Source: Thermoplasmata archaeon (lineage in GTDB: Archaea; Thermoplasmatota; Thermoplasmata; Lutacidiplasmatales; UBA184). From it: DNA of 64,000 nucleotides. Numbering within the stretch: the first letter of the stretch is position 1; the number at the start of each line of letters is the position of its first letter. The stretch is taken from NCBI GenBank assembly GCA_035297105.1, contig DATGZO010000010.1:1241-65240 (forward strand), read 5' to 3'. Below the pieces are notes generated by a model. The model was not told the DNA's origin and made no database searches. It was given only the letters and a program-made list of their open reading frames with translations. The position numbers were made by a program, and so were the translations under genes. Of the stretch, positions 9,926 to 17,034 are shown piece by piece.

Positions 9926-9965
9926 GTCGTTATTTATACTATATATATCGGTATTTAAAGAAGCG
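9926..9965 (-). promoter_or_regulatory. AT-rich island with TATA/BRE-like elements immediately upstream of tbp (possibly bidirectional, also serving the divergent gene at 10157)
   Basis: 9931..9960 reads 'tatttatactatatatatcggtatttaaag' on the + strand (about 87% AT in a roughly 67% GC genome). On the minus strand this gives 'CTTTAAATA...ATATATATAGTATAAATA' ending about 6 nt before the tbp ATG. That is consistent with a leaderless archaeal promoter. Confidence 0.5.
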
Positions 9966-10156
9966 CTGTCGCCTCCTCGGGCCCAGTCCGCGACTCGGGG
10001 GCCGCCCAACTCGCCCTCACGGGTCTTTCGACTACCCGTCCGACTCTTACGAGGGCCGCTCGTCGAGGGACTCCCCCTCTCGCTTGAACGGGGGCGGCGA
10101 CGATGCATTTCCCTCCGAGGGCAGGGTCGTGACTTTATACCCCGGGAAGTCGATGT

Positions 10157-10921
10157 ATGACTTCTCCTGCCCACCGGGCCCCGGGGGACCCGCCAACCTG
10201 CCTCCCCTCTGGAGAAAGTACCATTCCGACCAAACCACGATCCTACTCTCAGGATTGGAAAGCGCCGGCGTCGTTCGCTATCTGGGGCGCCACCGCTGCG
10301 GACCGCTCTCGACTGGCCTGGGCGATCGCCCATCGGATCGACCCGGACCTGTACTGGCTCCAGGTCGAGAATCCCCAAGCGGCGCACGACCCTGCGGAGT
10401 ACGCGGTCATCGATCGGGTGCCCCCGGACCATTGCTTCTTTCTGGACCCTTCCGACCTCACCCCCGACACCGATCTCGGGAACATGGCCAGTTGGTTCGT
10501 CCGAGACGATATTGCTCCGGATGATCGGATTCGTACTCTCGCGGATTTCATGCGGCTGCCGATCCTGGGGCGACATCTTCTCGAGGGCCGGAGCAGTTTC
10601 GACTCGACGAAAGCGGTCGTGACCGCCAATTCGGATCGGGCCGCCAAGTTGTATACGGCGAAGGTCGGCGGGGTCCGCCCGTTCGTGGAAGCCATCAACT
10701 CGAAAGCGGCGACCATCATTTTCACGATCTCGACCGCTCCCCAACGACAAAACGCTCCCGCGGTCGACTACCTGTTCCGGCTCGAAGACCAAGATCCCGG
10801 CGGGATCTCGGTGGTCAAGGCCGAATGCGTGCAGGGAGCCCCGCGCGGGGTTCCGGGCCTGTTTTCAGCCGGCTATCGGCGCCCCCTGAGCGTCCTTATC
10901 GAGGAGATCGAGCGCATCTGA
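10157..10921 (+). CDS. Hypothetical protein; paralog of the protein at 35076..35795, with a possible degenerate RecA/KaiC-like fold and no Walker A motif
   Basis: 254-aa ORF with an ATG start. It has clear collinear similarity to 35076..35795: 'PDLYWLQV' vs 'PTLYWVSI', 'DFMRLPILG' vs 'DFIRLPGVI', 'VVTANSDRAAKLY' vs 'VVADSDRVRAYY', 'IIFTISTAP' vs 'AIFTAVGAP'. Confidence 0.55.
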   Translation: MTSPAHRAPGDPPTCLPSGESTIPTKPRSYSQDWKAPASFAIWGATAADRSRLAWAIAHRIDPDLYWLQVENPQAAHDPAEYAVIDRVPPDHCFFLDPSDLTPDTDLGNMASWFVRDDIAPDDRIRTLADFMRLPILGRHLLEGRSSFDSTKAVVTANSDRAAKLYTAKVGGVRPFVEAINSKAATIIFTISTAPQRQNAPAVDYLFRLEDQDPGGISVVKAECVQGAPRGVPGLFSAGYRRPLSVLIEEIERI

Positions 10922-11275
10922 TCCGCGCAGTCCGATGCGGGCGCCGAGGACCTTGCGAGGCGAGAGGAGCAGCCCACGGGATCGCGCCTGCTTGGATCCT
11001 GGAGGGACATCGACCCTCCGCGACGAGGGGATGGGCGACCCGATTCAACGCGGCTCGTGCGCGGTGACCGACCCAACGGAGGGGTTTCGGAGAGCTGTTC
11101 TCCGCCCGAACAAAGCCGGAGCCGACCATCTGTCCGATTCGATTCCGGATCGTGCCCGGTGAAACCCCGAGTTTTCGGGCGATCTCTCTGTACGAGGCCC
11201 GGAGGCGGGGGTGGCGGGCCAAACGGTCTTGGCCTGAGTCAGCTCTTGCAGAATGCGGATGTCCAGTCGATCCAT
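10896..11275 (-). pseudogene. Frameshifted, truncated paralog of the Lrp/AsnC regulator at 7388..8329
   Basis: One frame (ORF 11045..11464) encodes 'MDRLDIRILQELTQAKTVWPA', matching the regulator N-terminus. A second frame (ORF 10896..11312) encodes the HTH 'ASYREIARKLGVSPGTIRNRIGQMVGSGFV'. The first frame then resumes with 'RNPSVGSVTAHE' (cf. 'YPNPTLLGLESGSH') and stops. At least two frame changes are needed. Confidence 0.45.
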
Positions 11276-11477
11276 TCTCCCCCCCGACCTCCCTGAGCCG
11301 GTTGGTCCGCACTCCAGGCAGCTAGAGGAGTTCGAGATTGTATTACATGCTCTCCCGACCATTTCCACCGCCCCAGCCCTCCTGGGATTGGGGGACGTCA
11401 GTTCCGTCGGGGCCGAGCCCCGGAATCGACCCGAGTCGGACTCCGTCATTCCCGGAGGCGGCACAATTCGACGCGAA

Positions 11478-11963
11478 TCAGGGCGAAGTCCCGCCCGGCA
11501 GCTTCACGATCACTTGAAGGGTCAGTACCCCGGAGTATCCCCCCGGAGGATTGCCTAGGGTTACCGTCAGAATCCCCCCCACTCCCCCGCCCATCTTGGC
11601 CGGGGCGGTGAAATTCTCCACGGAAAACCCTCCCGTGACGGAATCCACGCCGGCGATCTGGCAGGGTCCCGAGCTGGAGGGGGTCGTGAGAGAAATGGAG
11701 ACCTTGATCTTCCCATTGCTGAGACCCGTGGCCCCGGCACCGGTCAGGTTCGACCAGCCGCAGTTGGGCGCATCCGTGCCCGTGAACTGGTATCGGACCC
11801 CCGTGACATTGACCGGTCTCGGTTCCAGCAGGATGTACGCGATGACGGCGCCTCCTACTAGGAGGACGACCAGGACGGCCGTGATGATCCCCAAATGTCG
11901 CTTCCAGACCCCGTCGGATCGGCGCGGGGGATCGCGCGGGTCGCTCGAGCCACTTCGTGCCAT
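11478..11963 (-). CDS. Small membrane-anchored exported protein (N-terminal TM, N-glycosylation sequons)
   Basis: 161-aa ORF. It has a basic N-terminus followed by the TM 'LGIITAVLVVLLVGGAVIAYILL', then an S/T/G-rich ectodomain with NVT, NLT, NFT sequons. Confidence 0.45.
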   Translation of the reverse strand: MARSGSSDPRDPPRRSDGVWKRHLGIITAVLVVLLVGGAVIAYILLEPRPVNVTGVRYQFTGTDAPNCGWSNLTGAGATGLSNGKIKVSISLTTPSSSGPCQIAGVDSVTGGFSVENFTAPAKMGGGVGGILTVTLGNPPGGYSGVLTLQVIVKLPGGTSP

Positions 11964-12155
11964 CGCTGTATAGAGCTCGCGGGACGGCTTACAAATATCT
12001 GTCTACGGCCGGGGCCATCTGGAGGGCAGCGGAAATCGACGGGTCCAGCTATCGGAACGATTATCCCGATCCCGCTTTTCGAACGGCCGGTGCAGAGCGA
12101 GGATGTCGCGCCCCCACCGTGGGGTCCCGGGTTCCTGCGTCTCAGTTCGTGGGTC

Positions 12156-12527
12156 TATCGTGCGGAATATGGGGCGGCCACGGTCGCCATCCTGATCCTC
12201 CTCTTCGGATGGCGTGACCTAGTCCTCGGGGACCTGCCCTGGACCAGCCTGCTCCTCGTGGTGTTCTGGGCGATCTGGCCCGATCTCGCCGCCTTCGTTC
12301 CGATCGGCATGGCGGTGAAGGGCTCCCGGGACTGGCCTTCTTGGGGACCGACCCTCTACAACTCCACCCACAACCTTCTCGTCTGGGGGATCGCCTTCGT
12401 TGCTTGGAGCTTCCTCGCCGGGCAGATCGAGTGGCCGCTACTGGCCTGGGCGGGCCATATCACGGCAGACCGGGCAGCAGGCTACTACCTGCGAGCCCCC
12501 ACTCGGAGCGGATCCGACCCGAACTAG
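12156..12527 (+). CDS. Hypothetical multi-TM membrane protein with an uncertain start and no canonical start codon in a sensible position
   Basis: In ORF 11895..12527 the distal 120 aa are strongly hydrophobic ('ILILLFGW', 'LLLVVFWAIWPDLAAFVPIG', 'LLVWGIAFVAWSFLAG', 'WPLLAWAGHITADRAAGYY'). The upstream part overlaps the converging gene ending at 11963. The coordinates given are a guess. Confidence 0.3.
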   Translation, partial: YRAEYGAATVAILILLFGWRDLVLGDLPWTSLLLVVFWAIWPDLAAFVPIGMAVKGSRDWPSWGPTLYNSTHNLLVWGIAFVAWSFLAGQIEWPLLAWAGHITADRAAGYYLRAPTRSGSDPN

Positions 12528-12704
12528 GGAACTCGCGGACGGACCCGGACAAGGGGAGCTAGATTTCGGTAGGAGTGCCGGGGTGCGAGGGTCGTTGCGC
12601 CCACTCTCCGGGAACAATCCCCTCGGAACGACTCCTCTTCGGCCCTCCGTCCGAGGAGGCGTGTTCTTCTATAGGTGCTAGGGTCGATACAGGGTACGGA
12701 GTAC

Positions 12705-12869
12705 ATGACTACCGAGTGCGAGACCCCCGGCTGCCTGCACCAGCGGCGACTGCACCTGGAAGACGGCAAGTGCCGCGCGTGTGCGTGCACCGTTTACACT
12801 CGCACGGGCCCGGGCCATCAAACCAAGGCCGCCCGAAAGCAAGTGGCCCAAGCCCTTCGCAGCTGGTGA
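12705..12869 (+). CDS. Small zinc-ribbon-like protein (54 aa)
   Basis: 'MTTECETPGCLHQRRLHLEDGKCRACACTVYTRTG' carries a C-x4-C ... C-x2-C-x-C pattern. A TATA-like 'TTCTATAGG' lies about 30 nt upstream. Confidence 0.4.
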   Translation: MTTECETPGCLHQRRLHLEDGKCRACACTVYTRTGPGHQTKAARKQVAQALRSW

Positions 12870-12936
12870 GCCGAAACGAGACCCGACTAGATTACAAAAC
12901 TTTCGGGTTCCGGAAGGCATCCTGCAGTCGATGTGA

Positions 12937-14250
12937 TTACGGGATACCCACGCTGGCTGTGCCCGAGTAGGCGGTCACCCCGATCTCAACCAGCGCAAGG
13001 TTTTGGCCAGTGGTCGGGCTGGTTTGACCCATATCGACGATCACGGTGTCCGTTGCGGTCAATGGACTTGCGTCCGATTCGCCGGTCGAGTAGGTATGCC
13101 AAGTGGAGGTCATCGAGAAGGAGCCGGCGCCGACCACATAGCTCGCGATGACGTCACCGGTGACATTGAGGACCGTGAACGATGCGGAGCCCGTGGCCGT
13201 GAATGCCGCCCCCGTGGGCCCGGCTACCTTGAGTTCGAAATCGTCCAATGCCACGGTGGAGCTCTCGACCGTCACCGTGTATGACCAATCGCCCGCGGTA
13301 CACCCACCTGTGTCACCAGGCAGGACCCCGGACCCTGTGGGACACGACATGCCGTGAGCGTTGCCTAGGGCGAGCGCGCTACCGATCGGCGGCAACAGCT
13401 TACCGCAGGACGAAGAGGGTGCGCCGGCGAAGTACCTCGAGGACAGGACCGTCCCGTTGGTGGCGTAGACCTCTGCGCCGTAGCTCGAGGAGTTCCGGCC
13501 GGAACAGCCGTTGAAATAGATCAGCCAGACCGGTACGGTCGATGCCAAGGTCCCGATCAGCGCGTGCTCCAGGAAGTAGGAAGCGTTCGATTCGGCCACT
13601 TCGGAGACGTACTTCGAACCGTTCGGGGTCGCCACCGCCGCCTGGGCGGCCGCCGAGCTGTCCACGAGGCTACCGGTAAGCGTTGCGAGACCACCCGGTA
13701 CGCACCCGGGTCCTATGGTTTGACCCGCCTCCACGGCGCTCCCGTTCTGGACCACAAGGATCAGCTGGGCCCCGCCGGTGGAGGTGAATACGAACAACCA
13801 GACGTGGGCCAGACCGGTGGAGTAGCTTCCGGTATAGCTCGGATAGTTGACCTTGGAAATGGTCGACCCGTGAAGAGGGCACGAAGAATTGCTGTAGGTG
13901 CTGACGTTGTTAGTCCAACCCGTGGTGGAGTCCATCCCCGACGCAAACTTGAGGGACCAGGGAGCTCCCGTGATTCCGTTCGCAAAGCTAGTGGCGGTCG
14001 ACGAGGCCGATTGTTCGGTCGTGAGGCCGGACGAACTGGTGCTACTGCCTCCGAGGTGGAACCCCGGGATCAAACCGGCCAAGAGGAGGGCGACCACGAC
14101 CAGGATGATGACCACGACGACGCCGATCCCGCCCAACATCGTCTTAGACGAGCCACCGGGCTCGGGGTGCACAGGGGTAGGAGCCGGCGCCTCGGTCGTC
14201 GAGGGAGTGGGAGTCGGCGAAACCGGGGAACCGGACGGAGGGGTGGTCAT
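12937..14250 (-). CDS. Surface glycoprotein-like protein (Pro-rich N-terminus, a single TM, an S/T-rich heavily sequon-decorated ectodomain)
   Basis: 437-aa ORF. It contains the TM 'MLGGIGVVVVIILVVVALLLAGLIP' and many N-x-S/T sites (NVS, NSS, NGS, NAS, NGT...). It is the last gene of the minus-strand glycosylation-like operon. Confidence 0.6.
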   Translation of the reverse strand: MTTPPSGSPVSPTPTPSTTEAPAPTPVHPEPGGSSKTMLGGIGVVVVIILVVVALLLAGLIPGFHLGGSSTSSSGLTTEQSASSTATSFANGITGAPWSLKFASGMDSTTGWTNNVSTYSNSSCPLHGSTISKVNYPSYTGSYSTGLAHVWLFVFTSTGGAQLILVVQNGSAVEAGQTIGPGCVPGGLATLTGSLVDSSAAAQAAVATPNGSKYVSEVAESNASYFLEHALIGTLASTVPVWLIYFNGCSGRNSSSYGAEVYATNGTVLSSRYFAGAPSSSCGKLLPPIGSALALGNAHGMSCPTGSGVLPGDTGGCTAGDWSYTVTVESSTVALDDFELKVAGPTGAAFTATGSASFTVLNVTGDVIASYVVGAGSFSMTSTWHTYSTGESDASPLTATDTVIVDMGQTSPTTGQNLALVEIGVTAYSGTASVGIP

Positions 14251-14343
14251 GAGGAAGACCCTCCTAGGGACGCCAAGATTTCCAGGGTTATCTACCAGCC
14301 GTCAAGCGGGGTTGACGGTCGCCACCCCGGGCGGGCCGGCAAC

Positions 14344-16524
14344 TCACCCACCCGCCCCTCGGGCCGGGACGACCTCGAGTGTTTCGAGGAAAGCTTGCAC
14401 GTTCGTACCCAGGACCACTCCCTGCACCGAGAACTGGACCGTCGGCCCGGGGAACGAGACGTTGAACGTCACCGCCGTCCAACCGTCCGGCGAGAAGGCG
14501 GAGAACGGCAGGCTCCAGCCGAAGTAGGGGGCCTGCGCGTACGCGCTCGCTCCGATCCAGAGGGTCGGTTCCGAGGCCGCGGGTGGAGGTTCGCCGGGAA
14601 TGGCCGAGGCGTTGACCAGAAGGGTGATCGTGAAGGTTCCCGTGGGCAGGGTCGCCGAGGGCCCGTAGAAGAGCGTTCCCAGCGCCCCGGGAACGCTGGC
14701 GGCCACCGGGGCCCCAGGAGAGCCGGGGACCGTGGTGGCGTAGCCGGCCTCGGCGTCGACGAGGGAGGCCCCACTGACCGAGAACGGCACGCTCGGCCCG
14801 GTTCCGTAGGTGGTCAGTGGGCCGGTGTACCCAGATTCGAAGAGTAACACGGCTCCCGCGATCGAGGACCACACGACCGCTCGGACCCCGAATGCGGAGG
14901 GTGCGTAGAGCTCGGTGGTCAACCACGCGGGGACCGCGTAGGTCCGGTTCTCCGCGAGCAGCATGTATTGGGGTAAGTGGGTGGAATTGAAGGGTAGGGC
15001 GAGGAAGTTGTCCTGGACCCAAGAAAGTGTGTAGGCGTTCTCGTCGTTCGCGACCAGCGGAAACAGGTTATCGCTCGCGATCACGGTCGCTCCCGAGGGG
15101 ACCAGGGCCGCGAGTTGTTCCACGTTCTCGAACCCGGCGGGTGGCGAGTAGGAGACCCGGTAGGCGGAACCGAGCCCCTGGTTCTGGAGGAGCGGGTCGA
15201 CCGGTGAGAGGGCGAGGTTCACGGCCAGGAAGACCACGAAGCCTGCGACGAACAGGCCACGGGGTCGCCCGGCTCGGGCGGCAGCACGGGGAGAAGGGGG
15301 AACCAGGGAACTCACGTTCGCAAGGCGGGGGAGGGTCGCGCTCAGGGACTCCAGGAGGACGACGGCGCGCGGCAGGCCATAGGCAAAGGCGACCAGCAGG
15401 GGGCCTCCGGCGATGAATCCGTACTGGAAACCGAGGGTGACGTAGTTCAGGTTCGAGCTCAACATCGTGAAACCGAACCAGGGGACGCTCAGGAGCAGGG
15501 CTCGAGGTGATAGGAGCGGCACGAACCCGAGCAGGGCGGCGATCACGACCCAGTAGGTGATCTTGTAGTAGAACCCGATCGGAACGTTCGAGAAGGAGAG
15601 CCCGAGAGCGGACGGCGTCCCTCCGATCACGTAGCCGGTCGGCGCATTCGGGAGAGGAGTGACCCCCAGCGAGGGGTTCAGAACATCGAGACGAAGATAG
15701 ACCAGGAGGAAATAGACGGCCACGCACCCTCCGACGAGGGCGAGCGAAGCTCGGACCCGGGGAGAGGACAGCGCTGGCCGCAGGTCGTGGACCCACGTCG
15801 TCCAGGGGAACCGACCCCCCGAACGGTTTCTCCAGCGTTGCCAGGTCTCTCGGGACGGAAGCAGGAAGAAGAGCCCGACGAAGAAGAGCAGGACCGGAGC
15901 GAGTTCGAGCGTCGCGAACGAGATCGCAACGGCGACTCCTCCCGCGAGGTAACGCCCCCTCTCCCATAGCAGGACGACGACGATCAGCTCGAGCGGGAGG
16001 AACGATTCGGCATGGAAGTCGTACAGGTTGGACGAGAGCGTGGGGGTCCAGACCAGGTACGCGACGGCGGAAACGAGTCCGAGCCAGGAGGAGCGGGTGA
16101 GGTCCCGAGTGAGAAGGTAAAGCGGGATCGCGGCCGCGGCCACGACGAGGGACTGAACCACGAATAGCGTCGCTTCGTACGGCAGGGCGGCGTAGAGGGG
16201 TGCCAGCAGGTAGAGCAGGAAGACGGTGTGGACCTGCAGAAGCGACCTGTAGCCCCCGGTCTCGAGATCCGCGGTCTCGAAGAAGTTACGTCCGTGGGCC
16301 GCAGACCAGAGCGCTTGTTGGTAGATGCCTTCGTCCCAGGTGGTCGTCTGAAGCTCGACGGATCTCAGCCAGGAGAGTGTGATTGAAACCACGAAATAGA
16401 TCGTGACGGCGACGAGCAACCAGGTGGTCGGGGAAACACGACGGAGCCATCCCGAGGGGGCCGGTTCCGAAGGCCCCGGGGTCGGGTGATCCACACCCGC
16501 ACTCATGCGAGCAACGACCCCCAC
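14344..16524 (-). CDS. DUF2079-like polytopic membrane protein, a probable GT-C-fold glycosyltransferase, with a large C-terminal extracytoplasmic beta-rich domain
   Basis: 726-aa ORF with at least 11 predicted TM helices in the N-terminal 450 aa. The first loop carries a 'WDEGIY' motif like the DE/DD motif of GT-C enzymes (PMT/ArnT/AglB-like). The C-terminal 270 aa are soluble. Family assignment is from memory of DUF2079 and is not verified. Confidence 0.55.
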   Translation of the reverse strand: MGVVARMSAGVDHPTPGPSEPAPSGWLRRVSPTTWLLVAVTIYFVVSITLSWLRSVELQTTTWDEGIYQQALWSAAHGRNFFETADLETGGYRSLLQVHTVFLLYLLAPLYAALPYEATLFVVQSLVVAAAAIPLYLLTRDLTRSSWLGLVSAVAYLVWTPTLSSNLYDFHAESFLPLELIVVVLLWERGRYLAGGVAVAISFATLELAPVLLFFVGLFFLLPSRETWQRWRNRSGGRFPWTTWVHDLRPALSSPRVRASLALVGGCVAVYFLLVYLRLDVLNPSLGVTPLPNAPTGYVIGGTPSALGLSFSNVPIGFYYKITYWVVIAALLGFVPLLSPRALLLSVPWFGFTMLSSNLNYVTLGFQYGFIAGGPLLVAFAYGLPRAVVLLESLSATLPRLANVSSLVPPSPRAAARAGRPRGLFVAGFVVFLAVNLALSPVDPLLQNQGLGSAYRVSYSPPAGFENVEQLAALVPSGATVIASDNLFPLVANDENAYTLSWVQDNFLALPFNSTHLPQYMLLAENRTYAVPAWLTTELYAPSAFGVRAVVWSSIAGAVLLFESGYTGPLTTYGTGPSVPFSVSGASLVDAEAGYATTVPGSPGAPVAASVPGALGTLFYGPSATLPTGTFTITLLVNASAIPGEPPPAASEPTLWIGASAYAQAPYFGWSLPFSAFSPDGWTAVTFNVSFPGPTVQFSVQGVVLGTNVQAFLETLEVVPARGAGG

Positions 16525-16605
16525 ATCGCGAGGGAGGTCAAAACCCGCCGTCCTTTAGGGAGAAGGCAGGGCCGTTGGGGGGAGCGACCCGGTGGCAATC
16601 AACGG

Positions 16606-17034
16606 CTAGTGGGGCGTGTCTCCTTGTTTCCATCGGATAACCCCGTCGGGCACATACCGAAGGTCGAGCACCCCGTCCCGCCGGCGTCCCCGGAAGGAGC
16701 ATCGGGGGCCGACCACGCTCTCTTCCTCCAACCCCCGTTCCATCGGCTCTCGGCACACCGGATAGGCCAGGATCCCGTCGCGCGCCGGAAGCGGTTTCAT
16801 GGCTCCCCGGGGCGACGCCAGGGCAGCAAAGGGCATCGGGAATCCTGGGGCGCGTCCGAACGAGGTGCGGTGCCGAACGAACCATCGCGTTGGTACCTGC
16901 TTCATCAGGTGATATTCCTCGAATCCCGAGACCATCTTCGTTCGGGGTTCGAACCCGGCGGAACGCACGATCTGCTCGAACTCCTCCCTCGGCCCGACGT
17001 GAACGGGAAACGGATCCGGCCGGATCTCGCTCAT
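16606..17034 (-). CDS. Hypothetical 142-aa protein, translationally coupled (ATGA overlap) to the upstream GT2-NTase gene
   Basis: The internal ATG at 17034 overlaps the stop of 17031..19007. The peptide 'MSEIRPDPFPVHVGPREEFEQIVRSAGFEP...TRWFVRHRTSF' includes an R-x4-H pattern, which weakly suggests a HEPN-like motif. The long upstream part of the track ORF 16606..17715 is spurious. Confidence 0.45.
   Translation of the reverse strand: MSEIRPDPFPVHVGPREEFEQIVRSAGFEPRTKMVSGFEEYHLMKQVPTRWFVRHRTSFGRAPGFPMPFAALASPRGAMKPLPARDGILAYPVCREPMERGLEEESVVGPRCSFRGRRRDGVLDLRYVPDGVIRWKQGDTPH

Noticed and set aside
9926-10792. 5' extension of the TBP ORF (track ORF 9248..10792, 514 aa)
   Set aside because: TBP homology begins exactly at the internal ATG (9925) preceded by a canonical AT-rich promoter. 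The upstream 289 codons are R/P/G-rich with no similarity and run across the divergent gene 10157..10921.
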